The notes under the pieces: model-generated
Told to the model about the DNA's origin: nothing
Seen by the model: only the letters and a program-made list of their open reading frames with translations
Databases searched by the model: none
Part shown: piece after piece, positions 19,004 to 28,592 of the stretch
Layout of the letters: every line of letters begins with the position of its first letter
Numbering within the stretch: the stretch's first letter is position 1
Translations under genes and position numbers: made by a program
From: a virus
Taxonomy: Duplodnaviria; Caudoviricetes
Reading direction: 5' to 3' (one strand)
DNA length: 64,000 nucleotides
Virus record (IMG/VR): IMGVR_UViG_3300033148_005588
Span: 18,833 to 82,832 of that record

Positions 19004-19413
19004 TAGTCCGCAATCCTCCCCACAACCTTCAGAACTACCTCTTGGACACGATGCCCAGAGGATTCAAACCAATCCCTTTGCAAAGATGACCGGAACTTAA
19101 CGACATAAGTATGACCGTCAATGTGGTCCCATTTGAAACTTTTCGCTTGGGCGTTGGCCTTTGAAGAATCCAAGTAGAAATCCATTATTGTCCCTGCGTC
19201 AGCTTTTGAAATGCCCTTACTCCATCTTAGCCTTATGTAGAAAATAGGATCATCACTAAGGGCAACAACCCTATCTGCTCCGTCGTCAAAGTAATGAACT
19301 TCTTGTTTCTTAGCAGCCACCTCTGTGAGAACTTCTTGTGGAGCAACAGCCAGCGTTCCAGAATAGTCTGGAGTTACTGTTGTTAGATAATCATACAGTT
19401 CTTTCTCTGCCAT
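19003..19413 (-). CDS. Distal/minor tail protein
   Basis: Between tape measure and tail tip; FKWDHIDGHTYVVKF pattern. Confidence 0.65.
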   Translation of the reverse strand: MAEKELYDYLTTVTPDYSGTLAVAPQEVLTEVAAKKQEVHYFDDGADRVVALSDDPIFYIRLRWSKGISKADAGTIMDFYLDSSKANAQAKSFKWDHIDGHTYVVKFRSSLQRDWFESSGHRVQEVVLKVVGRIAD

Positions 19414-19434
19414 AGGGAAACCTCACTCTTTTCT

Positions 19435-22400
19435 CTAAAGCCCTGCTATTTTTTGAATGCTCCTCACATATTGAGGATTGGTCTTTGCTAAATCCACAAG
19501 CACTTTACTCATAGTGTGCCCATCAACAGTCAAGTAAATTGGTTGTAAGACAGAGGCCCCCTCTCCTCCTCCTACTCTGTTTGGCAGAGCGCCTGTAGCA
19601 TTCATCTCCTCCAGCGCATCATACCCTATTCTTCTGGCAGCATCTTCCCGGATCACATACTCATACGGCCTCACCCTCATGAGCAAGTCTGCGGCCAACC
19701 CGCCCGCATGCGCTTGAGGAATTCCTAGTCTGCTTCCGATCTGCCCCAAAGCTTTGCCGCCCGACATACCAGCAAGCAGAAGCTTAAAGTTGCGTAGTAT
19801 GGTGGAGATGTTCTCGCTCACATAGTCAAATAAAGTGAACTCTCGCAAAAACCCCATCCCTGACGCACCTAGCTTCTTCACAGCATCCCAAACGCCTTTG
19901 GGTAACTTGGTAACGCCTGCCCACAGACTTTGTGTCATACCAGGCAAGTTAAGCTCTTTCACATCATTCCAGCCATGGGTAGCCAACTCTTTTATCTTGT
20001 CTATGGTGGCTGCTGGCAAACTAACCAACTTGCTAAAAGCATCTTGTCCTAACTGCTTCGCCAAGCCAAAGGCCGCTTCCAAAGAAGAACTAGGCAACTG
20101 AGCAATTACATCTCCTACTGGGCCTGAGAGAATGGCTGTTTTGGTGCCTTCAAGAGCTGTCAAAGCTGCCTTATCAACTACCGTATACCGACCGCCAATC
20201 TTCACTACTGCCTTTTCTGCTCCTCCGAGCATTCTGCCCAAACCGGCAGTAGCTCCTCCAATAGCGCCGCCTGTTAGTGCTCCTGTTAGTATGTCTCCTA
20301 AGTCTCCGCCCCTTATAACGCTTGTTGCAGCTCCTGTTGCAGCCCCAGTCAAAATGGCAGGCACAAGAGTGCCTCCGCTCAACACAGCAGCAGCGGCAAG
20401 TCCTGCTCCAGTTAGCACTTTGCCGATAGTGGTGTCACCAACCCAACTAGAGAACTTGCTCAACACTTTGCCCACTACACCAGCAACTCCTTTTACAATC
20501 TTAACAGGAATGCTGATTATGCTCTTGATTATGTTTCCTATGAAGCTGAAAAAACCGTAGTGTGGCAAGCCTGGCTCTACAAGCCCTCCATAAGCAAGCC
20601 CCCTTTGCCCTGTTTGGGCGGGTATGTTCTTGCCTACTGCAACTTGCCCTGCTGGTCCTGTAACGGCCTCTAAAAAGCCTCGCATTTCTGGCAGTTGTGC
20701 CACTTCTCTTGGCACAACCCATTCCCCAGGAGTCAGCATTGCCATCACTGTGTCTCCGGCAAATCCGCTTCTGCCATTCCACAAGCCAGGCACCTCGCCA
20801 CCCCTGGCAAATGTTAAGAAGGGAACATCTATTCCCAGCAGTTTCTCTATGGTGCCCTGGCCACCAGGCGCCCCAGCCCATGCGCTGCGAAAGTACATTA
20901 TAATTTTCTCGGCTGCTATGTCTGCCACCAAACGCATAAATGAATCTCGTAGATTAATCGCAAAGCTCTCCCACAGCTCGCCCAGATCGCTGATTTGTCC
21001 CTTCATCGCCAGGAAGAAAGTATCTGAAAAGGCCCTTCTCAAGTCTTTGGCTGTTTTCTCCCCAAAATCTGCTATCAACTGGGTTCTGTGCCGGAAGCTG
21101 AGAAAAGCCTTTTCCCAACCAAGCATAAACGAATTCGCCACATCCAGTTCTACTTTCTCCAGCCTTCTGAGGGCTTCTGCTATCTCGTCTGCTGTAGAGT
21201 TCACATTCTTGATTATGTCAAGATTTGCCTTAACATAGTGAACTTTCATCGCATCAGTAGCTTCTATATTCTTACTCTTCAAAGTGTCCCAAGCTGTGTT
21301 AAGTTCCTTGGTTGTATACTTACCAGACTTAAGAACAGCATCAAGAGCCTTTTGAACTCTCTTAGCAGCTGCCTCTTGTTTGCCAACCCCGACAGCCTTA
21401 TCCATCTGCCTCCAAAACTCTGCCCATGCTCCCTTCTTGGCATACTTCTCTTGCTCCTCCAAAGCATCAATCAAGTTCTCGTAATACTCCTCGCTTTTCT
21501 TGCCCATAGCCAAAGCAGCATCGTGCTGGCCAAAGAGAACTTTAAGAATCTCTTTTCTAGCTTCTTTCTCTTTCTCTGTTAGGCTGTATTGCTTGCTTAT
21601 TATATCCAGTAATCCCTCTTGTTTCTTGGCAGTCTTTTCGATACCTTTCTGGGCTTCACTAGATTGGGCAACAGCCAGCTTCTCAATAGCCTTCTTGTTT
21701 CTCTCTGATAGCCTGCGCAAAAGAGCATCTTGGGCAGCAGCACGCCTCTCTGGTGCTTTGTCTATCTGTGTCCAAAGACGCATCACCTCTTCATCAACAT
21801 TACCAAGAGCGTCAGCGTACTCTACCATAACCCGCGCCAGTTCAGTACGGGCTGCCATAGCCCCACGAGCACTAGGCCCCTCAATTTTTATCTCTCCCTC
21901 TGGTACAAGCCTCTTAATAAAAGGCACTTTTCTCATTACATTTGCTATGCCATTAATCCACTTTTCAACTTGTTTGGATAGAGCCTCCATCCCCTCGTAG
22001 AAGGCTAGTTTGATTGCTGGCCAAATAGCCAAAGCATGATACTTTATTGTGAGCCAAGCTTTCTCATAAGTGGCCACTATGGATAGAACATACTTCTTCA
22101 CCTCATCAAAAGTCTCAAAGTAATACTCAAAGGTTCTGCCAACTCCATACATTAGCACTCCGACAATGCCCGCCTTGGCTATGGGAGAAGCCATCAAACC
22201 AGCTATTGCCACATCGATCCTGGCTATGGCAGCAGCCAGTACATTTGCCCCGACAGATGCTTGTGTCAGGGCTGTAGCCATTGTAGCAAAGAGCGCTGCC
22301 GCTTTGTATGCTAAAATAGCCTTGAGGGGCTCGGTGATCAGCCATAAATTATCGCTCAAGAACTTGGCAACCTTGTAAGCTTTCTCTATTGCGCTGGCTA

Positions 22401-23541
22401 GTCCTCTAAAGAACCCAACAACTTTGTCCTCTTTTGCTACTAGTGATGTAGTGATGTCTTCCAAAATTCTCCCAAGAACTGGAAGCACTTCCAGCCCTGC
22501 CTTCATGAATGTGTTCTTAACAGCATTCCAGAATTTCTCGCTAACTCCCTCAAAAGACTTCAAATACCTCTGCCAAGCTTTCTCAAGGCCACCAGCAGCA
22601 CCACCCATCTCTTCTATCAACCCTATTACTCGTCCAAAGTGCTCTACCATCAGGCCGGAAAACGCTATTAGGGCTTCCTTTCTGCCTCCCAGCAATTCGG
22701 CCAGAGCCTCTGTGCTACCTTGGGTAGCTTCATCTATCTTGCGCAGCGTCTCAACAAACCCTATCTTCTGTATTGCTTGTTGAACTCCACCGTAGTCTTT
22801 CATCAAGGCAACCATCTTGTCTGTGGGCTTTATGAGAGATGTTATGAGGGCTTCTAATTGAGTTGTTGCCTCGGCAGTAGAACCAGCCGTTTGGGTGAGC
22901 AAAGCCAACGCACCACCCATTTCTCTTGTGTTCAAGCCAGCAGCACGAGACAAATTAGCAAGGCTACCAATAATAGGCACCAGCTCTTGGAAAGTTGTCT
23001 GGCCAATGCGCTCAATTCTGAACAGAAGGTCTGCTGCCTCTGTTGCGTTTTTAACTTCCCCAGCATAACCAGCCATTAACTTGGTCAGCGCCCTCACGGT
23101 GTCGCTCTGCTGGACATGGGCGGCACGAGCAGCTTTAGAGGCCACTACCAGCAGATCCAACGCTTTCTTAGGCTTAGTAACACCAGCACTGATCACTTGG
23201 TAGTAGCCCTTTGTCAACTCTGTCACATCGCCCAGAGAGGGGCCAATTGACTCCACCTGCTTCCGTATGGTCTTTGTAGTCTGCTCTGTGACTTTCCCCA
23301 TATCAACAATAGCACTTTCGTAGTTCTTTGCGTAGTTAATAATCTGGCGGAAAGACATAGAAGCAGCAAAGCCAATTATGGCTCCTTGCAAGCCTGTAGC
23401 AGCTCTCACAGCAGAGCCAAAGCTTCTAGTCACATTTGTGGTGAAGCTTCTGACTCGCCTCTCTGCCATATCAAGCTGAGAATAATCAGCTCCTATTGTC
23501 GCATAAATGGAGCCTAAGTTCCCACCGCCGCCACCAAACAC
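19435..23541 (-). CDS. Tail tape measure protein (1368 aa)
   Basis: Ala/Gly/Lys-rich helical sequence, TP901-type core, GDTV.AMLTPGEWVV motif; position. Confidence 0.95.
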   Translation of the reverse strand: MFGGGGGNLGSIYATIGADYSQLDMAERRVRSFTTNVTRSFGSAVRAATGLQGAIIGFAASMSFRQIINYAKNYESAIVDMGKVTEQTTKTIRKQVESIGPSLGDVTELTKGYYQVISAGVTKPKKALDLLVVASKAARAAHVQQSDTVRALTKLMAGYAGEVKNATEAADLLFRIERIGQTTFQELVPIIGSLANLSRAAGLNTREMGGALALLTQTAGSTAEATTQLEALITSLIKPTDKMVALMKDYGGVQQAIQKIGFVETLRKIDEATQGSTEALAELLGGRKEALIAFSGLMVEHFGRVIGLIEEMGGAAGGLEKAWQRYLKSFEGVSEKFWNAVKNTFMKAGLEVLPVLGRILEDITTSLVAKEDKVVGFFRGLASAIEKAYKVAKFLSDNLWLITEPLKAILAYKAAALFATMATALTQASVGANVLAAAIARIDVAIAGLMASPIAKAGIVGVLMYGVGRTFEYYFETFDEVKKYVLSIVATYEKAWLTIKYHALAIWPAIKLAFYEGMEALSKQVEKWINGIANVMRKVPFIKRLVPEGEIKIEGPSARGAMAARTELARVMVEYADALGNVDEEVMRLWTQIDKAPERRAAAQDALLRRLSERNKKAIEKLAVAQSSEAQKGIEKTAKKQEGLLDIISKQYSLTEKEKEARKEILKVLFGQHDAALAMGKKSEEYYENLIDALEEQEKYAKKGAWAEFWRQMDKAVGVGKQEAAAKRVQKALDAVLKSGKYTTKELNTAWDTLKSKNIEATDAMKVHYVKANLDIIKNVNSTADEIAEALRRLEKVELDVANSFMLGWEKAFLSFRHRTQLIADFGEKTAKDLRRAFSDTFFLAMKGQISDLGELWESFAINLRDSFMRLVADIAAEKIIMYFRSAWAGAPGGQGTIEKLLGIDVPFLTFARGGEVPGLWNGRSGFAGDTVMAMLTPGEWVVPREVAQLPEMRGFLEAVTGPAGQVAVGKNIPAQTGQRGLAYGGLVEPGLPHYGFFSFIGNIIKSIISIPVKIVKGVAGVVGKVLSKFSSWVGDTTIGKVLTGAGLAAAAVLSGGTLVPAILTGAATGAATSVIRGGDLGDILTGALTGGAIGGATAGLGRMLGGAEKAVVKIGGRYTVVDKAALTALEGTKTAILSGPVGDVIAQLPSSSLEAAFGLAKQLGQDAFSKLVSLPAATIDKIKELATHGWNDVKELNLPGMTQSLWAGVTKLPKGVWDAVKKLGASGMGFLREFTLFDYVSENISTILRNFKLLLAGMSGGKALGQIGSRLGIPQAHAGGLAADLLMRVRPYEYVIREDAARRIGYDALEEMNATGALPNRVGGGEGASVLQPIYLTVDGHTMSKVLVDLAKTNPQYVRSIQKIAGL

Positions 23542-23544
23542 TCT

Positions 23545-23886
23545 CTATGCTTCCTCCTTCTTTCTCTTTGTTTCTGTTGCCAAAGCCATTAAGACCATCT
23601 TCATATCCTCAACGCTTTGTCTAGGCCCTATGCTCATAGTTTGATAAAAGTCCTCTGGCCTAATGCTTTTAGTTCCCTTGCGCTTATGGGTGTTGACCAA
23701 AATGGCAGCAATATGAGCTAGAAGCCTACACACTTGATCTACACCAAAAGGTTCTACTCTGTAGTAAGCCATCCATTCTGTGAACTGCCTAGAGCTTATC
23801 TGTGCCAGCAGGGCATCAGGATGAGGATACCCAAGGGCCAGAGCGAGACGAAAGGCTAGTCTGCGCTCTGGCCTTCGAGCAAATTT
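23545..23886 (-). CDS. Tail assembly chaperone -1 frameshift extension (gpT-like)
   Basis: A-AAT-TTG slippery heptamer at 23880-23886; the -1 frame reads RRPERRLAFRLALALGYPHPDALLAQISSRQFTEWMAYYRVEPFG. Confidence 0.8.
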   Translation of the reverse strand, partial: KFARRPERRLAFRLALALGYPHPDALLAQISSRQFTEWMAYYRVEPFGVDQVCRLLAHIAAILVNTHKRKGTKSIRPEDFYQTMSIGPRQSVEDMKMVLMALATETKRKKEEA

Positions 23887-24284
23887 TCTGTCATCTCATC
23901 CAGCTCTTCCCTCTCTATGCCGTTCAAGTCTTGTGCTTCTTTAAACAGCACTTCCAAAGCAGCAGCATTCTTCTTAGCCAACGCCGCCACATCATTCTTG
24001 TCTTTAAAGAGCAAATTTCCCTCAGCATCGCACAGGCACTTAGAAACAAGCAAAGTTCTAATGCTTATTCTATCCAAAATGCCTCGCTGCCTTGCCTGGT
24101 ATATCTCCCACTCATAATTATCTCTGACCTTTGCACTCATGTTGCGGAGATATACATATCGGCCCCACTTTTCCACGAACACTTTACGAATCTCAACATC
24201 ATCAATGCTGATAATGTCCTCTTTGGTTAAAAGGCACTTTTCTTGCTCCTGCTCATTACTTACTTGTTCTTCTGCTGTTACCAT
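23856..24284 (-). CDS. Tail assembly chaperone (gpG-like)
   Basis: Between tail tube and TMP; carries the frameshift site. Confidence 0.85.
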   Translation of the reverse strand: MVTAEEQVSNEQEQEKCLLTKEDIISIDDVEIRKVFVEKWGRYVYLRNMSAKVRDNYEWEIYQARQRGILDRISIRTLLVSKCLCDAEGNLLFKDKNDVAALAKKNAAALEVLFKEAQDLNGIEREELDEMTENLLEGQSAD

Positions 24285-24328
24285 GGCGTTTCCTCCTTCT
24301 CTCTATGGTTAAGAGTGTTTGTTAAAAA

Positions 24329-24748
24329 TTAGCTAGACAAAGTCACCTGTCCTGTGATCTTGAAAGTGGCTGTTGCTGTCACCTTGTCACCAGCAGGCAC
24401 AGCCACCCCAAGAGCTGTAATAAAGGCAGTGAACTCAAACGTTGTCTCTCCAGTATCCGGGAGAACAATCTTGTAGTTGTGGCTGCTATCGCTCTCAAGG
24501 TCTATCTTCAGGTCATCATAACCATCAAGGGTGAAGTTTAGCTCTATGCTAACCTCTCCCCCATCCCTAAAGCCTGAGATGAACTCTCGGTATCCTCCTG
24601 TGGAACTAAGGTTCGTAGCATCCACAACGTCCCTTGTGAGGTTGGGGCCTGTTATAGAGGCCACTTCCGCTATTGCGGAAAAGGTCTCACTGCTAGCCCC
24701 GTCTCCCCTTTGAAATTCAGCTCCTACACCAGTAAACGCATCAGTCAT
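24329..24748 (-). CDS. Major tail tube protein
   Basis: IAEVASITGP..TRD.VDAT.L.S..GYREFI.G..DGGE motif. Confidence 0.9.
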   Translation of the reverse strand: MTDAFTGVGAEFQRGDGASSETFSAIAEVASITGPNLTRDVVDATNLSSTGGYREFISGFRDGGEVSIELNFTLDGYDDLKIDLESDSSHNYKIVLPDTGETTFEFTAFITALGVAVPAGDKVTATATFKITGQVTLSS

Positions 24749-24800
24749 TTGATGTTACCTCCTTTTTCTCTCTTTAGCTTATGCTTGCGCTCTCTCTGTG

Positions 24801-25223
24801 CTATGTAGAGCGCATAATGTCAAAGTTCAAAGAAATAATAGGCCGATTCAGATCATCATAACCTACAAACAGTATCCCTCCTCGGAGCAGGATTTGAACG
24901 TACCTTGTACCATTCCAAGTCTCGCCCGCTCTGCGATGAAGGGCATCAACAACCTCTTTTGCTTTGTCCCAGGCAGCTTGATAACCAAACTTTGCTCCTC
25001 TTATGCGCACCTGGACAGATGGCCTATCTATATAGCCACCCAAGTAATTGTCTGGATCGGCTCCTCCTGTGTCAAAAATTCCAATACAAGTATCTGGGGT
25101 ATTAGCGTCGTCGGGAATTGTGCTTATATAAACAGACCAACCAGAAGACACAGCAAACCCGTCTGCCACTCCAACAGAGCTATCAATGAGTATGTCTTTG
25201 ATGTCTTCACTAGCAGGATTCAT
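24801..25223 (-). CDS. Tail terminator / neck protein
   Basis: DTGG..PD......PSVQVRIRG...DDLNRP..SLNF pattern; position. Confidence 0.8.
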   Translation of the reverse strand: MNPASEDIKDILIDSSVGVADGFAVSSGWSVYISTIPDDANTPDTCIGIFDTGGADPDNYLGGYIDRPSVQVRIRGAKFGYQAAWDKAKEVVDALHRRAGETWNGTRYVQILLRGGILFVGYDDLNRPIISLNFDIMRST

Positions 25224-25642
25224 ACTCTACGCACCCTTCTTATTCTTGTTTTGCTGAGACCTTCACCAGCATAGTCCCGGATCAAGCGCAAGATGTCTCC
25301 CCTTGACTCTTGTATGGCTCTCTCTAAGTATTTCCACGACGTGCCAGGAGCACGATAGTTCTTGTCAATCTCGTGGACAAACACTGCGTAAGAGGCAGTG
25401 TAGCCAACCTCAGCAACTGGCCCCCTCTTGGTATCCTCAGAGATGACGTAAGCAGAGTTGCGCAAGTTGCCTGTCTTGACAGGAGTCTTAGGTAAAGCTC
25501 TGCTCTTCACTAAGAGGCCCGCAGCGTGCACCCCTGCTTTGGTTCTGTTCTTTATGCCTCTAATCTCTCTGGTCAAGTTGGTAAGAATTTCCTTACCACC
25601 ATAAACCCCTGGCCTTCTTGCCTTTGGCCTTCTCATACCCAC
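25220..25642 (-). CDS. HK97 gp10-like neck protein
   Basis: TPVKTGNLRNS...VGYTASYAVFVHE motif. Confidence 0.85.
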   Translation of the reverse strand: MGMRRPKARRPGVYGGKEILTNLTREIRGIKNRTKAGVHAAGLLVKSRALPKTPVKTGNLRNSAYVISEDTKRGPVAEVGYTASYAVFVHEIDKNYRAPGTSWKYLERAIQESRGDILRLIRDYAGEGLSKTRIRRVRRV

Positions 25643-25977
25643 ACCTTGCGCAAGAATTTTGTGCCTTTATAATTAGGCACCTTTGCAAAAGCCTTGATCT
25701 GATAGGCTCCGCTTACGGAAGTCGGATCACCATATTGGCTATCGCTGTAATCTCCAAGAGCTATGTATCCTCCCACTACAACATCACTCTCTACAAGCAC
25801 AACGGCCTTGCTGCGTTGTTCTCTACCACTCTCATCTGTGAATACCTCTATCCTGTCAATCCAGCGGCAGTTCACAGTCACTGGGTCGCTGAACTCATAC
25901 CCTCCCCATCCATCAGAAGAAGGCCCAGCCCAGTATGTTGCTGTCTGCTTCAGCAGTCTTTTCAAATAGTGCGTCAT
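25633..25977 (-). CDS. Head closure protein
   Basis: QTATYW...DGWGGYEFSDPV; position. Confidence 0.75.
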   Translation of the reverse strand: MTHYLKRLLKQTATYWAGPSSDGWGGYEFSDPVTVNCRWIDRIEVFTDESGREQRSKAVVLVESDVVVGGYIALGDYSDSQYGDPTSVSGAYQIKAFAKVPNYKGTKFLRKVWV

Positions 25978-26007
25978 CCGCTTCTCTCCCTCTCTCTACA
26001 CTGCACT

Positions 26008-26382
26008 CTACAAATCCAAGTCTATAGCGTTAAACTCCGCACGCTTCTTACCAGCACTGCGCAATCGGCCTGTTGTATCAAGAGCACAAGCCATCTGTCC
26101 ATAAGGCGTCATCATCAGATTGCTTGCTCCATCAACAGTGCCCAACCAGTATTCCACTTTGGTGCCTTCTGTGGTCTCTGCCCGGACAACAGGATCTCGT
26201 ATGGCAACAAAATGCGCTGCCAACCAACGCTCTATCTCCTTCAGCTGATCTGTGGATAGGGAACTGTCCTCGCTCAAAAGCTTATTAACAAGCAGATTGG
26301 CGACTGTGATAAACGGAGTTAAATCCGAAACATCAGTGTCTATTATTGCGGACACTTCCGCAGCAGTTACTCTTGTCGACAT
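26008..26382 (-). CDS. Head-tail adaptor/connector
   Basis: IERWLAAHF...TPYGQ.A..LD motif. Confidence 0.8.
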   Translation of the reverse strand: MSTRVTAAEVSAIIDTDVSDLTPFITVANLLVNKLLSEDSSLSTDQLKEIERWLAAHFVAIRDPVVRAETTEGTKVEYWLGTVDGASNLMMTPYGQMACALDTTGRLRSAGKKRAEFNAIDLDL

Positions 26383-26431
26383 TTCAATTCACCCCATCAT
26401 AAAAGATTGCTCTCTTTGCCCAAATATACCT

Positions 26432-27166
26432 CTACCTCTTAACAGCTTCATTGCTCCTGCTCCTTAGCCATAAAGATGGCGTAATGAACTTGGCGACTTC
26501 ATCTGCCTTCCACTCTAAGCCCAAGTCATTTACCACCATCTGTAGCTCTATCAAGTCTCCGTTGATGGCCCTTTGGGGCCACACTTCATAGATTTTAAGC
26601 TTGGCATCAGCCATCTCCTCAAAACGTTTCTCGTGCTCTGCTACCCACCGCAGCCATCCCGATCGGCTTCTGTAGCCTCTCATGAAGGCTGTTTTAAAAC
26701 AAGAGCGTACAATGTCCTCAGGGTGCCTGCGCACAATAATCCACTGTGCCTCTGGGAAAGCCTCTGCCCATAGGGGCCAAAAGAGGCATATCTTTGCTCC
26801 CTTGTAGAACCAAGGTCCCTCCTGGTAGCCTTGCTTAGCCACTGCGGAGAAAATCTCCTCCCGCCACACCTCGGCCAACTGCCCCAAAGTGTAGGGCTTT
26901 TCCTTGTGCACAAGCAAGGGTTCTTCCTTAGCCTTATGGAACACCACAATATCAGGCAGAGGATTCTGACCCATAGGGTCAAAGCCCATCTCTTTCAAGA
27001 AAGGCTTCACTAAATTTCGTACAATCTCTTTGTTCTCAAACATTCCCTTCTGGTTAAACCTGTTTGGGCCTCTCATCTCACCGCCCCAAGCTCCGCAGAT
27101 ATGAAGCGTACCAGCAACAAGAGAAGTCCCAGACCTAGCTGCTCCTGTCACAAGAATTGGATCCAT
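26432..27166 (-). CDS. Sulfotransferase-family protein
   Basis: ILVTGAARSGTS 5'-PSB loop; IIVRRHPEDIVRS 3'-PB motif. Confidence 0.8.
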   Translation of the reverse strand: MDPILVTGAARSGTSLVAGTLHICGAWGGEMRGPNRFNQKGMFENKEIVRNLVKPFLKEMGFDPMGQNPLPDIVVFHKAKEEPLLVHKEKPYTLGQLAEVWREEIFSAVAKQGYQEGPWFYKGAKICLFWPLWAEAFPEAQWIIVRRHPEDIVRSCFKTAFMRGYRSRSGWLRWVAEHEKRFEEMADAKLKIYEVWPQRAINGDLIELQMVVNDLGLEWKADEVAKFITPSLWLRSRSNEAVKR

Positions 27167-27168
27167 GG

Positions 27169-27531
27169 TTAGGCTCCTCCTCCTTCTTCTTCAAATTCTT
27201 CATATTTACTCACAGTCCACAGATAACCGCCCCTCCTATGGACAAGAATTAAGTCTTCCCCAAACAAGGACTCGAAATATCGTCTTATAAAATCTGTAGG
27301 TGCAACACAAACGATTATTGGCACCACCCCCGCTTTGTGTATTGCTCTGGCGTAAGTGGCTAAAGTCACCAAGTGTCTATGGATGCCTTCCTGTGTAAAG
27401 TTATAGTTCCCTGTCTCCTGCCTCAAATAGTGGCTGTCCAGGATAACTGATGGCTGATTCAACTTGGATTGTATCTCAGCCGCCATCTTTGTTTTGCCTG
27501 TACCAGGTTTACCGATAATCAAGCATACCAC
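27169..27531 (-). CDS. APS-kinase-like P-loop kinase (short)
   Basis: GKPGTGKT, LDSHYLR, NFTQEG, A....G...II..VAP. Confidence 0.65.
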   Translation of the reverse strand: MVCLIIGKPGTGKTKMAAEIQSKLNQPSVILDSHYLRQETGNYNFTQEGIHRHLVTLATYARAIHKAGVVPIIVCVAPTDFIRRYFESLFGEDLILVHRRGGYLWTVSKYEEFEEEGGGA

Positions 27532-27967
27532 GGCTTTGCCACCTCTCTGGTTCTACAACTTTTACCATTTCTCCCAAGTCCAAACTCTCTTTCCCAAGCC
27601 ACCTTTTCAAGTACACAGCTGTGGACTCTCTGTCCAACAGAGTCAAAGAGTAATCAATTGTGGCAACCTTCACGCCTGCCTCTCGCAAGGCAGCCTTTGT
27701 CTCATCTACAGCATCCAGCAAACGACCCCTTCTCACCTTCCTTAATCCGTAGTGCGGTAAGGCGCCAAACGTCTCCTTCAATATGTCTTCCAAGTATCTC
27801 TCCGCTACAATTACTGCCACTTGCTGAGGAGGATGCTTGATTGCCTCTCTTACAGCCTTTCTCAGGGGGAGCTCCTCTACTAGCCCATCATATCCACCAT
27901 TCTTCAGCATACGGACGACTAGAGACTTACCTGCTTTCTTCAAACCTGTAACAATAATGTGCTTCAC
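27509..27967 (-). CDS. Degenerate sulfotransferase-like protein
   Basis: IVTGLKKAGKSLVVRML..GG N-terminus and EMVKVVEP C-terminus resemble small phage sulfotransferases. Confidence 0.5.
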   Translation of the reverse strand: MKHIIVTGLKKAGKSLVVRMLKNGGYDGLVEELPLRKAVREAIKHPPQQVAVIVAERYLEDILKETFGALPHYGLRKVRRGRLLDAVDETKAALREAGVKVATIDYSLTLLDRESTAVYLKRWLGKESLDLGEMVKVVEPERWQSRGMLDYR

Positions 27968-28365
27968 GTCAGCATCTCCTCCCTCTCTGTGTCTTCCTTA
28001 CGTCGTATGATAAAGTTCGCTTCACACCATCCCGGATGAAAGGGATACCTTGAATCTCCCTCAAAATCATTATGGGTGATGTAGAGAAATGTACAGCTAG
28101 TGATCTTCTTTACCATTGCCCGCAGGGACTCATAAGGCGTAGTGGCAGCAACAACTACCAAGTATCCCTTTGCCTCTATCTTTCTTGCCAGTAGGGCAAG
28201 CTGCTCATAGTCCCCCTTCTCATAATCGCACTCGTCTGTTCGCTCCAACCCAGGCAAAAACTGCTTCATCCAATCTGAGTCCAAGAACACAGTATTCTTG
28301 CCCAAGAGCTTTTTAGCTTGTGTTGTCTTGCCCGATCGCCTCTGCCCAAACACCCAAAAGATCAT
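27964..28365 (-). CDS. APS-kinase-like P-loop kinase (short)
   Basis: GQRRSGKTT, LDSD, KGYLVVVAATTPYESLR. Confidence 0.65.
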   Translation of the reverse strand: MIFWVFGQRRSGKTTQAKKLLGKNTVFLDSDWMKQFLPGLERTDECDYEKGDYEQLALLARKIEAKGYLVVVAATTPYESLRAMVKKITSCTFLYITHNDFEGDSRYPFHPGWCEANFIIRRKEDTEREEMLT

Positions 28366-28592
28366 TCTTTCTCCTCCTCCTCTTCTTCTTTCTTCTTTAT
28401 GCCTGTGAGTGTTGCAGTGAAGCGCAGCCTGCCCTCGTTCACATAAGACACCCGATAAACCGCTCTGCCAAGAATGACTGGTGCGCCAACCTTTGGCAAC
28501 AAAGTCTGCTTCTTCTTGTTAGGCAACTTCTCAATCTTTGGCATAAGACTTGCCTCATCATCTTCTTTATGCCACCTTTGAGCCTTCAACAC
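28362..28592 (-). CDS. Hypothetical protein
   Basis: ORF within the island. Confidence 0.5.
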   Translation of the reverse strand: MLKAQRWHKEDDEASLMPKIEKLPNKKKQTLLPKVGAPVILGRAVYRVSYVNEGRLRFTATLTGIKKKEEEEEEKE

